Shown here: positions 10,683 through 25,058 of the stretch, piece by piece
Position numbering within the stretch: the first letter of the stretch is position 1
How the letters are laid out: each line of letters starts with the position of its first letter
NCBI GenBank assembly: GCA_964276515.1
Contig: OZ193909.1
Location: 2,232,001-2,296,000 of the forward strand
Origin: Gordius albopunctatus
Taxonomy: Eukaryota
DNA length: 64,000 nt
Reading direction: 5' to 3'
Made by a program: the position numbers and the translations under genes
The notes under the pieces: generated by a model
What the model was told of the DNA's origin: nothing
Seen by the model: only the letters and a program-made list of their open reading frames with translations
Database searches by the model: none

Positions 10683-13600
10683 TTATCCTTTGGCATTCTT
10701 CTTAATCCTTAGAAGCTGTATATAAGAGAGAGTCCAAAAGAGCAATGTCATTCCTAATAAAATAATCATATTGTTCCACAAGTCCCAATTAGTTTTATAA
10801 TCGATTCCTTGGATTTGCAGATAATCATCACCATACGTACTAAATAAAGGGTATATTTTAATAAAAATAATATAAGGTATCAAATCAAATGATTGAAAAT
10901 TTCAAAAACAATTTTTATATTAAATAATAAAACAATTAATAAAAAGCATTGAACATATTTAAAATTTTACAAATTCTTCATTTTAATCGAATATACCAGT
11001 ATGGTTGTATCGACGCTACCAATGTTTGATTCGTAGAATGAACGTCGCAATATTTACCTCCTCTGATTTCGTTTATCAACAATACCTTAAAATTAAATTA
11101 TTTTTTGATAAATATTTAATATTTAACATCCTTTAAAGAAATTTGTTAGATATTTTACCAAGAAAAGACATAATATTCCAAATTAAATCAAGTTAGAGAG
11201 TTACGCGCATAGATTAATATTACGATAGAATGGCGAACAGCTGATGAATATTTAAAAAAAAAATAGAAGGTCACCATGTTTTAGGCGCATATATTATCGA
11301 ATTAAAGGCTATTTTTTCCAATAAAGTTTAATAATGGACTTAGGTATGGAAATATATTCTTCTAAGTATTTGCCCCATCTTAATCAAATCAAAAATCCTC
11401 TCTCTTCCGGCGAGGCACTACAAATTTTTTTAAATACTCGGAACTTAACAATACTATAATTTTTTGTGTCATTGCGACAAACATACTCACAACTTTTGGC
11501 CCCCAAGCTTTAAAAATTATTGTTAAAAATAGGGTAACAAAATTCTTTGCTATCCCATGATAATCGCGAATTTTTTTTGTTATAAGACAGAACATCGGCA
11601 TTACAATTTGTAAATAAAATTCATTAGCAATAGTGGAATGTTTTCCAAATATTTACAATACTTAACTTTTTTATTTTTTTCCTCCATCTTCACAAAATAT
11701 GTATTTCAACCTTAATAAATGAATCAGTCTACTTGATGTTCTCATCATATCCTTTCTTCCATAAAATTTAAAAATTTTGACTGCACAAGTGGCAATATTA
11801 AAAAATGGTTCACCCAAATTAATGGTCCAAGTTACTTTATAAATTTTATCGCAAAAATCAGCCATGGGTGTAGTCAGCATTGGGATTAGAGCGGTGGGCA
11901 ATAATGATTTAGGGAGAGGCAAAATGAGAATTTTTTGAAATTTTAGCCCCATAATTTCAATAAATTTAAAAAAAATGGATTTAGAGGGCGCCAGCCGCCC
12001 CCCTGGCTATGCCCATGAAATCAGCTGTTATTAGTTTCTGCCTTTGCTTACGTTGTTGCCGTATCGAAATATGCTGAGGTACTTGATCCAACGCAAAACG
12101 GGAGGAATCGAATTTATATTAACGAAGAATCCCCCCAATGCCTGTAACAAAAACATCACTCGCGTATCACAACGTGGAAATATTGTAAAAATAAAAATAA
12201 ATTTACTATCTACAAGGAAATTAATTGAAAGGATGTTTTAAACACACTAAGAAAGAATTTTAAGCCGTCTTTTGAAGTCATCAATGACAAAAAAGACGGA
12301 GAAACGGATAATGCCTTTTTTAAAATGATTTCATCGATAAATAGTTTCGTTCTTGTATCGTTTTGTTAATTCCATCCTATATTTAATACTTTTTTTTATA
12401 ATAAGGCATGTTGAAACAAAAAAAACACCAAAACTGCGGCCTTTGATGAAATTAAATTGAAGTTTCGAAATATTAAATATAGACTAAATTTTTAAGTTTT
12501 TAAAAAAGCTTACCATATATCGTAAAGATAATCAGTTAGGCTTTGATATGTAAAAATATTACAAAATTGAATATGACTTTAATATAAAATGTTTCTGTGG
12601 AAAAATATATGGAGAACATTTAAAACAGATTATGTTAAATTACCATGAGCATGATGAAGTAAAGCAGGCATACGTTAACTGCAACGTCTGCAGTCTTATA
12701 AACAACGCTACAAAACAGGACAATCGAATTGGCTGCATTGGTTAGAAAAATCAGAGCCAGTATAAAGAGCAAATAATGTGTGGCTTCGCTGCGAAAACCT
12801 AACCAATAATAATTTTTAACGAAGAAATCATTTTTACAAAGTATTTTTTATGTGAAATCTATTATTAAAATCATATTTTAAGATGCCCACTCTTTAGGAA
12901 TATAAAATGAACACCTTTTGAAATTGTAGGCATAATTTTAATAAATTTCAACACATTTTGGGATTTAGAGGGGGGCAGCTCCCCTTTCTTGCCCCCCCCC
13001 CTGGCTATGCCCATGTATTAAATTAGAAATTACCAACCATCCAGTAAGCGATCAAAGCAACTAAGGCCATGGGCATGTATCGCATCGGTATTAAATCGCC
13101 GAGTAGTTTGGAGAAGAAGTAGACAGACACACGATAAAAACCATTAGTGGCTTCATGTCTGAAGAATTATGTGAAAAAACGTTTTAAAATCAATAAACCT
13201 TGTTATATATATTTTAATAAAAAAATTGATGGACTATTGTAGAAGATAATGATATAGATCTTTGTGTATTACTAATATCTCTTTTTTTGTATTGCGCTTC
13301 TCATGTATATGCAGAGTTGTTAAGGAGCGCGCACATCAAGAGCGTTTATAACGAAGAGCGAATGCGGGTGCGCGCACCTGATTAAGTCGGTGCGGGTGCG
13401 CAATTGCGCTCCTGTTTTGCGCACATTAAGAGTTTTACAATTTATTAATTTATTCGAAATTGTATTATATCGCATATTTCACAAATTAAATTTCTACTGA
13501 TTTACTATATATATAACATACATCTATGTTCCTGGTGGAGCAGATAACAAGGCGGGAAATTGGTTACTATCGATAGACAATAAAAATAATCTAATCGCGA

Positions 13601-16600
13601 TATTTCAATTTCACATTATTCACGTATTTACTTTATCAATCAACGATTAATCTTTACACTTTTGATTTTTGAACCTATATTTGCTATCGTAAGTTTAATC
13701 ACATATAATGATCTAATTACAATTAATTTTCATTAAAATATATTAAATTAATTAATTAATTTTAATTATTAATTTATATTATTTATTGTATTGGTTATCA
13801 TAGTACTCCTTATCCAATTTTTTACTCTTTTCTTTTCTCACTGCTTATATATAACACTTTAATATGATAGTGAGTTATGGAAATAGAAGAATCAAGCATA
13901 AATATAGCAAGCACATCATGCATGACAATTTCGCCATTTCCGAAAAACGCCTGTTTTTTTAAACTTAAAGATAATCAGCATAATACACTTAATTTTGAGG
14001 TGCAATGTCTTTTATGCAGCAATGCCAAACTCAAGACTTCTTCTAGATCTTGTTTCAATTTGACTAGGCATCTAAAGGTAATCTTGTTACTTATTTTATA
14101 AAAAAATTTATAGAGATTTCATAATAGTACATTACAAAAGCTTAGAAATGACAATAAGAAAAAGAAAGTCTTAGATAAATCTAACCAGAATATTGTAAAC
14201 TTTACTAAAGAGTTAAGTCGGGAAGAAGCCTTGGTGAATTATGTCATCAACACAATTCAGCCTCTTTCAATTGTGGATAATCCATCCTTTAGAAAGCTAG
14301 TAAGTGCTTTCTCAAAATCTCCTGTTGATGTCATGTGTCGACAGACATTGACATCTAGAATCACTTGTAGGTTTATAATTATAATAAATTCATTAGTTTT
14401 TTGCATTAGACAAAATAAAGGTTATGCATTGAACATTGCTCTATATTTTGTTTTGTTATAGTGCAATAAAATTGGAGGTGCGGGTGCGAGTGCGCGCACC
14501 TTTGTTTAAACTGGTGCGAGTGCCCGCACCGGATTTTCCTCAATGTCCGAGTGCGCGCACCGGTTTTTGAGATGCGTTTAACAACTCTGTGTATATGTAA
14601 CATCCATTAAAAAAAGTAATATCTTTAATTTTTATATTGAGCTACTTAGATGGTTACGAATGATCTCAGTTTTTGAAATAATTTATTAAAAAGACTAAAT
14701 CGATTACATTCCATCAAATTGATGCGTATATAGAAAGAAAAAATGGGAAGCAGAGTGGGATCTAGTTTATCTCAAAAAGATGGACGAAAAGGTAAAAATC
14801 CAGCCTGGTTTTTTGTTCGACCTGGTTTAACTAAGACTAACAACGATCTATTCTGGTCTTTTTCTTAAATTTCAACTATGCCTTGAGGTCGAGCAAGAAA
14901 AAAAGACCAAAAAACCTTTGATTAGTTCATGTTTACTCTGCTAAAACCAAAGGATAGTGGGAAGGTACGTAACGAATTGTGTAAATTATGTATGGGAAAA
15001 AATAAAGAAATTATTATATTTTATAAATAACAGAAATCTTACACGTATATTGCGCGTTCACCGATGAAAACGTCGATTGCCGATAGATTACCCATAACTT
15101 GATCCATTATAATGAAGTACAAGGCACCACTCCTGGTAAAAATTTAAAAATTCTTACAAACAGACACCAGAATTAACAAAAAGTAAACCGATCAAATATT
15201 AAAAACTGTATTAAAACAAATAAAATCTGTCAAAATTGTTAATATATATTCAATTTATAAGACTAGTTTTGTCTTTTAGTAAAGCATCTTAGCACAAAAA
15301 GATTCCAACAAATTTTTTTAAATGATAATTTGCTATATTGTGAAACAACGTGCCTGTTTTGAATGCCGAAAGATGCCGAACTATCCACGCGAAAATATGT
15401 AAACCCGACGATTAACGAATATATTAGGCTAAAGGTGAGCTAAAAATACATAAACCAATAACAATTAATTATAAGCAATAATTATAAAATGAATAACTAT
15501 TAATTCTTACATTTGTTTTTTTAACATGGGTATAAATGGATTTAATATTATTTATATAATGTTGATAAAAAGATTTACTTGTGAGTAAATCAATTGGGAA
15601 TCACGGATTATATTGAGAAATGAACGTTTAACGACAATTTTGAGCTGTAAAAAGCATTACACAAACATAATAAATAGCTAAAAGTTAGCAATAAAAAAAA
15701 TCTACATTAAGTTAAAATTGCAATTTTATTTTTGAAAATAAAATACATATGTAGCCTGAAAATACATGAGTTTAATATAATTATATTTATAGGATTTTTA
15801 CAAAAATATCGAATTTTATCTCATTTTACCATGATATTACAGGGTTTAAGATATAATTTACGAAATAAAAAAATAATTTAGTTAATGAAATTTTATGGTA
15901 TAGTTAGTTACTTGATGGAAAAATGAGGTAGCAAAAGTTGCTTGATCTATACCCTGCAGCTTTCGCGATATATAACCACGTCCCCCTCTATGCCTTTTCA
16001 CTCTTCTGCTGTTGATTTCTTCTAATTCTTTAACCACCTCCTTATACATGGGAGATTGTCGGTAAAGTGCCTTCAAATCCAGTTTCATAACTTCTTCTAA
16101 AGTTCAACATTCAAAGTAAAAATGCAAAACAAGCAAACACTAAATAAACTGATTTTTTAATGGAAAAAATAAAGTGTTGTAAAAACTGCTGGGTTTTTCT
16201 TCGTCTACCTTTGGTTCAACTAAGACGAACGATCGATTCTGGCCTATTCTTCAAATTTCGACTAATTCTAGAGGTCAAGATCCACCAAACAAAACCGAAC
16301 CGTTTTTACAAAAATAGGAAAAACTCGCTGCTTTGTCTATGATTAACTATATGAACCAGTCGGCAAACGTTGTTTTGCCATTTACCCGGGGGGTGTATTA
16401 AATTATGTTGGAATTTTAGGGCATATATGATGAGAAAGCGGTTATTGCAAAGTAAAAATAAAGTTTGATGTCGTCTATATGTCCTACTTCTATCGTTCTA
16501 TTTCCGTATACAGCGCAACGCGTACGAATACTAGAAAACTACTGAACCGATTTGGCTCGAACAAATCTTAAAACATGCTCCGGAGTGTCTGGAATAAACT

Positions 16601-19600
16601 GTGAATTTTTGAGCCAAGTCAGTGCAGTGGTTTTCCGAAATTGGTGGCGGCATACACATACATAGATTCATTTTTATATGTAAGATATCAATTAAAGAGG
16701 TAAATAAAGGCAAAATTAGAAAGGAGATATAAAGTTCGTTTATGGGTACTACCTACTAGAGTTGTTAAATTGCTAACTTTCTTCAAACTCCAGACGCGAG
16801 CACGCACACTGAGTTGCTTAATATGCGCGTTAGCACAATATGTGCTCGCTTTTGGTACACTAGGCAGAGCAGTAGCATATAAAAATGCTCGAGGGCCGAG
16901 CAGAAACTCGAGCAGGTGGTAGCTGGAGTTGAAGAAAGTTAGCAATATAACAAGTCTACAATATTGCAGAGACATAGGGTAGTTGTTGAAGAGCTTTCAC
17001 AAGCACTCTATTACAACATTGGGCTCCCCGAACCCTCCCCCATGCCATTTTGAAATAAGGAGAAAATTTTGGTGGCCAATTTTGATATGGTGATATAATA
17101 TTTGTGTTGTAAAAAGACTGGTAAACATAAATGCGGCTATAAAAAACAGCCCAAAAACATATGGTATGCTTATGTTTAGTCGACTAAAACCCAAGGTTGA
17201 CCATACAAAGCCTAGCCGTTTTTACAACACTAGTATATAAGTTAAAGAAAGGATTTCAATAAAGCCTCTTTTATTTGAAGTCAAAGTTAAAAAATAAAAA
17301 TCATATGTAATAGCAAAAAAGAAGGAACAAATTTTCATGATTCAACTAATCAGACTGTAATTTACCAACACACGTTCAAAGTACAAACAAAACTTTAGAA
17401 ATATATATACAGTCAAAACCGTTTAATTGCAAAGCCTTGGGCCTGAATTTTTTTGCGATTAGCCGATATTTCTCGATTAAACGATGGAAATAAAAGTATA
17501 TGTACAATAGATTAGATATTCATTTCTTATAGGGCTCGAAAATGTTTGTGAATATCCGATATTGTACTGTTAAGCGATTTGTCAATAAACGATGTTTTTG
17601 TTAATATTATCGTTTAAAAAAAATGGCGGTTAACTTCGCGATTAAAAGATTTCCGCGATAATCCGATTAAGAAGTTTCGAATGTAACCAACAAAAAAGAA
17701 TCCTAGTGAAGGTCGGCCTATAAATTGAAGAGCAAGATATAACTAATTAAAGTTTAAAATTCTAAAGACTCGATTATTTAGTATTTTTAACTTGACCAAG
17801 TGAGTTGCAATTAAATCTTGAATGGCTGTAAAATATAAAAAAAATTTAATTAATTTTAAATTTTTAAAGTAATTTTCTGACTAGGAATAAAAATATGTTT
17901 TAGAATGCAACAAAAACTTTGTAAACTTTTAAATGGTATAAACTAACCCTTTGTATCTTCATGCTCGCTGGTGGGGAGAGTTTTGGAATTTCTTTGGATA
18001 ACATCCAAAAAATAATCTGCTGGGTTATTGCGTTTTTCACATTCTAGACCTAGTTGTAAATAATAACAAATTATCATCTAACTAGCACGTAGCCAAGATT
18101 GGAATTAGAGGGGGCAATAATGATTTAGGGACGGGCAAATTGAAAAATTTTTGAAATTGTAGCCCCATAATTTTAATAAATTTTAGAGGATTTTTGGATT
18201 TAGAGGGAGATAGCTGCCACCCGCTTCCCCCTGGCTTAGCAATATAACATTATAATATTATAGAATAAAATTTTTACAATCATGGCCAAATTAATTGCAA
18301 ACTTTAATCATTGCACAGTTTTCTATAAAAATTTAAGCAATTTTTTTTCATACATTATCTAATGAAGCTTTCCTCAGTTCTCACGTTATACAACAAATTC
18401 TAAAAACACACTTTTTGATTTTTGGCTAAATTATATTTAAAAATAAATTAAAAATTAATTTTTAATAAAATAAAAAAAAAGAAATTTCAAACCTATGCTA
18501 GAAAAATAATTTAGGGTTAAGGATGCTTGACCGTGATATACCACTTGACCACTGGAAAGGAGGACTAGAGTATCAAATAGCTTGAAGATATCGTACCTAG
18601 GTTGATGTATTGACATTATGACGTTACAGCCTTTGGCAGCTAAACTGGGAAGTGCAAATCATCAACAAATTATAACATTGGGGTATATAATGACCCCAAC
18701 TTTGACTAATTCCATTATTTAATATTAAATGAAATTGAAAAATTTTACACATAAATCTTTGCTATGATATCAATGTAAATTCAAAATAAAAGCATTAACT
18801 ATAAATCTTTTCAGGCTAATAGTTTTGCTCCTTTAAAACTGTTCCTATTTAAAATTTAATGATTTATAAAACATTAAATTTAATTGATAAAAACCATAAT
18901 ATGTTAAAATAATTTATGAGTATGTTATAATTTTTATTAGTAAAGAAAACAGCGATATACGAGTCCGAAATCCTTAACTAATTATAAATAAACTTACTAT
19001 TGTAATTTACCATAGGTACTTTTCCTCTCTTATAAACTAGCATAAAGACTGTAGAAAAATATGATTTTCATAATCCTTAATATTCATACCTTTTTTGTGT
19101 GACAAAATTTTGCAAAAACATTTGAAGTCGAGTGAACTGGAGCTGTAGGTAAAACTTAGGTAAAACCCCTATGGCCTAAGCTTCGTGTCTTATATTTATG
19201 AATATTTGACTTATAATTAAAAAAATTCTTTATTTGTTTGAAAAATATGAATCAGTGTAGTAAGAAGGCCTGTGTTTCATTTCGTCTACCCTGGGTTTCA
19301 GTCGACTAAACATAAAAAGACTCGAGATTTTTTGGTCTATTTTTCTTGGTGGACGATCTCTAGGCTTGGTCAAAATTCGAAAAAGAGGCTAAACCCCCTT
19401 TTTACAACACTAAAATGTTAAATTTATCCTACTTTTTGAGCAAAAGCACTACCGAATGCGCGGTGGAAGCGTCTAAGCCGGTAGTCGGTTCGTCTAAAAA
19501 AAGGATGGTTGGTCTGGTTACTAATTCAACGCCCACGCTACAGCGCTTCTTTTCGCCACCAGAGACCCCACGAATATCTTCATTCCCCACCTAGCACAAT

Positions 19601-22105
19601 ATATTAATATATATTAATTTAATATATTGAATAAAACACATGGGCAATTAGAGGGGGGGCTGGGGGGCTATAATGATTTAATGACAAAAGGATCATTTCA
19701 GCAAATTTTTGGATCTAGAGCCCTGGCTAAGGCCATGATAACACATGTATACATATATAAAGAGTAAAAAGGCCTTTTAAAGAATGCCTTCTTTTTTATA
19801 CCTTTCTCCTCATTTAGAAAATCTGGAGATTTTGGACAAAAAAGGTTAAAAAAACGTATTAGTGATCAGGTTAAATTTCTCCATCATAATTAATAACCAG
19901 ATATAGGGATGGTTTTTTTGTAAACATGTGAAATTTCTAAATTAAGAAAATGAATCTATGAATAGTATAATAATACCGAATAGCTTAATTAAAAATCTAA
20001 AATTCCAAAAAACCAGTAATTGACCTAATCTGCATAATAATGCCTTATATGGAAAAAAAACATTACTAAAAGACTAGTCAAGATAATAATAAAAAATTTC
20101 AAAATTTATGGGAATATATACATATACTTTTGAATCGGCGCATTTTGTCAGATTGAGTTCTTCAATGATAGCTTGCACGAGTTGACTCTTTTTCCCCGCT
20201 GAAATTTTAGTTGAAAGTCGAAGCGAGGCAGAAAACATTATATTTTCTCGGACGGTTAGCGTTGGCATCAAGACGTCATCCTTTGCATAGTATTTATAAC
20301 ATAAATGTCATAAATATATTAGTTAAAACTTAAGTTCCTTAATTCTACTTTCAAAGTTTTTTTGAATGCCCCATAAATTATACGTTTAAGTCGCATACAT
20401 GAATAAATGATGGGTGAAAACCCAGTTTTCTGACTCTAAATTAAAAACAAATGTAAAGAGGGGGGGGGGCGCAAAAATGATAATTTTTAGTAATTTTAGC
20501 CATAATTATATTAAATTTTGAAGAATTTTTGAATTTAGAGGAGGCAAACCCTGGGTACGCTTATGGTGTAAGTTGCAAAATTCGCTTCAAATCCATCATT
20601 AACTTGCGTTAAAAATGAATCTGTAAACTCGTTTCAAAATAAACGACTCTAAATTTCTGGCCCGTAGGCATGATTATACCCCTCCCATAAATTCAAAGTA
20701 TTAAATTTTTTGCAATTCACAAAATTAAAGTGTTTATTTTAAAAATATGAAAAAATACACAAAAAATAGATTTGTTATTTATGTTATATAAAATTAATAT
20801 ATTCGAACTTGTGTTACGAAGCCGGAATCTGTGATAAAGCTTTTGGTGAGCGTGTTTCCATTCATAAGAATGATACCTTCAGCTCCCACAACTTTTTTAC
20901 GGCCAGCCAAAACGGTCAATAATCTGAAAGCAATAAATTATCATCATTTAATAGTGAATTTTTGGCTTAACTATACTGGAAAAGTCAGTTTTGTGGCAAT
21001 ATCAAAAAAAATTTCAATACGAAAAGCCTTAAATATTAAAAAATCATGTTTTGCCCTCCCCCTCTAATCCAACACCGGGCTACGCCCGTGTAGTTTGGTG
21101 CCTTTTTAAGCACAAAATTTTAAAATTTTAATAAATGCGATATTTAACTACCTATATAATTGTATAGAATCGAGGAATAATAGCGAACAGCGCTGATAAT
21201 AATTATTATTCTTCAAGGCTATTAACAAACTTAAAGCTATTCATCTTGTTGAATAACTATATTAAATGTTGAACTTGGGTATAAAAAGATAATTAATTGC
21301 TAGGCAATTTCAAGACTCGTTTTTGGTTGTCCGTCCGTCCTTTACGTCTTTTACGTCCAACTTGTAATTTTTCAATAATTGCCCGGTGGAAACTTATACG
21401 GGTTTTTAATGGCTGTGGACTTATGCTTGTGTAAAAGGCTTTTCATTTTGCTTTATAGACTAGCTAATGACCGCTGGTTGCCTATACTTTTTTCCAATTC
21501 ACTCGAGTCCAAATTCTATTTTTTTTTGGGCCCGACTGTATGTCATAATTTTTCACGCCTTTTTAAAGTTATTAACCATGAAAATAATATTATAAAATGT
21601 TGTCAACCGAAATTTTTTTAAATTTTAATCCGGTCGCCATTTTTTATTATACTTCCGTCATTATGTATCTTCTTGCATGTCTTTTAGATGTAAATTTTTA
21701 CTTTAAAAAATTTAATTTATCCATTCAAAACATTAATACAACGACAAATTCAAAAAAAAAGAATGTATAAGGTATTACGATGTTTTGCCTCCTCCACTAG
21801 GTCCCATTATAGCATTGACACCCGGTGGAAACACCCCGCTAAAAGAGTATAAGTTAAAGTTTAGTTTTCGCTTCTTAAAATAAATAAACTCAAAGTATGC
21901 ACAAATAATTGATTGCCTACCTTACACGGTCTAAAATGCAAAACGAGGGCTTTCTAGCTGCAAAAAATGATTTTCGTTTCCCTTTAACCACATAATTTAT
22001 ATCTTGAAAGGAGAGAACGGATCTTTTAAATTCTAAAAGGTTTTCTTTCTCTGAACATCCTTGTCCTCCTTGCTTATTCAAAACAAATTTTTCATCATCT
22101 TTCAT
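10683..22105 (-). CDS. ABC transporter subfamily G half-transporter (ABCG2/white-like), 16 coding exons
   Basis: Phase-consistent exons: 22105-21921, 21838-21779, 20923-20809, 20280-20128, 19590-19433, 18644-18493, 18049-17948, 16096-15912, 15644-15579, 15439-15354, 15132-15043, 13158-13034, 12798-12644, 12141-12052, 11085-10997, 10839-10683. Motifs: Walker [10 protein letters not shown]-loop GFVTQDD, signature VSGGEKKR, Walker [14 protein letters not shown]-loop [15 protein letters not shown], then a C-terminal TM domain (IQNRSGAL, ERAIYVHE...[15 protein letters not shown]). Domain order is NBD then TMD. Confidence 0.93.
11863..12017. mobile_element. hAT-type MITE family CATGGGCGTAGCCA...TGGCTACGCCCATG (representative of many copies)
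   Basis: TIRs with exact 8-bp TSD aaatcagc. Related copies at about 12885-13015, 18086-18240, 19639-19737, 20397-20564, 23073-23227, 23442-23578, 23821-23946, 24417, 26448-26573, 30591-30768, 30889-31014, 54671, 55103-55209, 55841 and 56435-56830. Confidence 0.85.
13312..14589 (+). mobile_element. Internally deleted hAT element with BED zinc-finger N-terminus (in ABCG intron)
   Basis: TIRs cagagttgttaa/ttaacaactctg, exact 8-bp TSD tgtatatg, and gtgcgggtgcg subterminal repeats. The coding remnant 13877-14370 contains CLLC...NLTRHLK|RFH (BED finger split by a ~38-nt intron) and [15 protein letters not shown]. Confidence 0.88.
16347..16685 (-). mobile_element. Short non-autonomous Helitron
   Basis: Reverse complement of the ends of 49287-51500: 5' tcttacatataaaaatga and 3' hairpin ggcaaaacaacgtttgcc followed by a CTAG-like end. 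Confidence 0.7.
16757..16958. mobile_element. ~200-bp hAT-type MITE (tagagttgttaaattgctaacttt)
   Basis: Long TIRs. Nearly identical to 62711-62913, which has an 8-bp TSD. Confidence 0.8.
17410..17683. mobile_element. Tc1/mariner/pogo-type MITE
   Basis: Flanked by TA, with ends cagtcaaaac.../...gtttcgaatg. Reverse-complement homolog of the split element at 57167-59083. Confidence 0.7.
19253..19412. repeat. ~150-bp MITE family agtgttgtaaaaa...tttttacaacact (representative copy)
   Basis: Related copies near 10440-10570, 14790-14950, 16173-16312, 17103-17232, 30200-30343 and 33240-33350. Confidence 0.6.
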
Positions 22106-25058
22106 ACAGTCACTACTTCTAATTTTTGTAAAATAAATGATAGATTTATTAACTAATAAAGGGTGTCTGCATGGAGGTAGCCAACAAGTGGGCCCCCTCT
22201 AAATCAAATTTTTTTGTATAAATATGTCCAAAATTACTAAATAAAAATGATCACTTTGCCCTTCCCTAAATCATTACGCCGATAGTTGTCGTCTTTAAAG
22301 TGTCATTAAGGTTACAAAATTGAGAAAATTACAAAAAATAGCTAAAATAAAGATATTCGAAAAAATCTTTAAACATTTTTTACGTTGGAATAAGAAGGGT
22401 TTGGGGAGGAGACTCGTCATTTCCACAAAAACCTTCATTTGTTTTAGTCATCCTTGCCGATGGAAAAAGCTAGTGAAATACCGTATCTTGTTAGCAATTC
22501 TCTTGAATGACTTCTATAGAAAATAGATGTCAAAAAAACGTTAAAATGTGACATTAAAACCATAGACTATAGATAGATTGCTAATCAGCGTTAAATAAGT
22601 GTGACCCTTTTTCAGCCATTTTTAAAAATAGATTATAATGATGATTTGAAAAGTGTTTGTAAAAAGCAATGAAAAAAATGTTGAATTATAAAAAACATAA
22701 AATTGAAAAATAAATAAAAATATTGTTAAGATATGATGTTAAAACGATTAAGTGCAGAATCCTTTATTAACATTCTTTTATATTTATTAATCAATGAGCG
22801 AGGGAGGTTTGTTGTTATATGAATGAATAATATAAATTAAAATCATAGTAGAGAACTATGACAGGAGCATTTATATAACTTTCAAAACATTTTTCTCGAA
22901 AAGTAACTATTTACTCATAAGTTAAATTGTATAGATATCCTTGGGCAGTCCATCCAATCTGGCAATAGAAAGAACTATTTAGTAAATACCAGGTCGAAAT
23001 GGCTTTTCCACTTTTTACCTTAAGAGAGCCAAATTTTAATTTTTAGCCTGGGATTTATCAAATCGACATAAGCATAGCCAGGATTGGAGCTAGAGGGGGA
23101 TAATTATGATTTAGGGAAGGGCAAAATGAGATTATTTTGAAATTTTAGCCATAATTATATAAAATTTCAAAGAATTTATTAGAGGGAGGCAGTCGCCCGT
23201 CCCTGCCCCCCTCTGGCTAAGCCCATGCAAATCCATTTCAATCCCAGGTTTAAAAATCAAATCCCTTCTCTTTCGTTTACCTTCGATTTATTACGACTCG
23301 GAGCCGTACAAATTTTGTTGCCCTCAGCAGAATAGATATAATTTCAAATTTTACTAATGCATGAATTGTAAGATAACAAGGACATTATGCTAAAACTATT
23401 TAGCACATAGTAAGTTTAGATAATAATTGGTACGTTCAATACCTGGGCGTAGCCATCTTTGAAATTAGAGGGGGGGGGCTGAAATTTTAGCCCGATAATT
23501 TTGATAAATTTCAACTACTTTTCGGAATTCGAGGGGGCAGCCCCCCCTCCCTGCTCACCCCCCTCGACTATGCCCGTGGTTCAATGTGAAAAAAAGAATC
23601 TTTTAATTTATTGTCCCAATCCTCTAAAGGCCACAAGCAACATACTCATGCGCGAATAGCCAGCCACAAGTAAATCAGAACATCGTAACAACATTTTAAA
23701 GCTTTTTTTAAAGGGCCAGTTTACTCTGAGTGCAGGGTGTGTATAACTTAACCGATACTTAATAAATAGATGAGACATTGAGGGGTCGAAAATTTATACA
23801 AATTTTAAATGACTAATATTCGTGGGCATAGCCAAGGGGGGGGGGGTGGCCCTAAATGACGAAAAAGTAATTTTCAATGCAAAAACCATTAAAAATTAAA
23901 AAAATATATATGTTTTGCCCCCCCCCTAAAAGCTGGCTATGCCTATACTGATATTATTTAATTAAAAATTATCATTGCTAATTAATGTGAACAACAACTT
24001 ACGCGAATGTGTAGAATAGATCAAATATAATATGGAAAAACAATTTTGAGAAGGAAATGTAAAAAAAAATCTTGGACTGGGGGCCATCTTACACATTCAC
24101 TTTTTGCTAGCGGCTAAATTGCTGCCTCATGTAAAGCGACAAATGAATTAGTATGCTCACCCAGTTTATTGAGCTCACTTGCTCATTTGGGGAATATTTA
24201 AGATATTTATAAAGAAAATATAAGCACGTGAATTATCACTCGTTCATATAATCATCATTTTGAAGGTTACAATATTTTATGAAGAAATACATTATTAATA
24301 TAGATGCGGGGTTAGTGAAGGTATTATTATGACTCAAAGGTTCGCCATCGAGTTCTTTCGGACCTCGTGGGAAATCGGCATTCGGGCGAACAAGTTGCTG
24401 CGAACTCTGATAGCGACATGGGCGTAACCAGAAATTGGATTTGGGGGGGCAATAATGATTTAGGGAGGGGCGAAATGATCATTTTTTGAAATTTTAGCCA
24501 CAATTTTAATAAAATTTTGGATTTAGAGGGGGGCATAGCGGGAACTTGGTGAGAGACGATATATTGCCAATGCAAATAAATACCCTTTTTTGATTTTGGG
24601 AAAACTCCGTTTCGCGACGTTAAAGGTAAATGGGATTCGTTATGGTGGATCCTAAGGATGGTGGTGTAAAGATTTAAAGGTATGGAAAAGCGGATTTATC
24701 ATTATTATTTGAAACTTTAAAGAAGGCTGGAAAGTTAGGAAGTTTAGATGGTTCCTCGAAGGTCGGAATAGCCTTGCTGCCTAGCAGAGGTTAGATTTGT
24801 AAAAAATCTTTTGTTCGAACACCGCTTATTCGGATTCTATAACAAAATGCTCGCCCGAACACTTCTAAATGTCAGTCCAGCCACCCAATTATTCAAGTTG
24901 CACGTACTAAAAAGATGGTTTATAAAATTTGTAGCCGTCAAATCTATATATTTTCTAACAATTTTAATATTAATTTCCGATTTTTTATAGAACTAGGATT
25001 AACAAATATTATATAGTCAAATAAAAAAGTAACGAAATAATACAGGAAAACTAAATAA

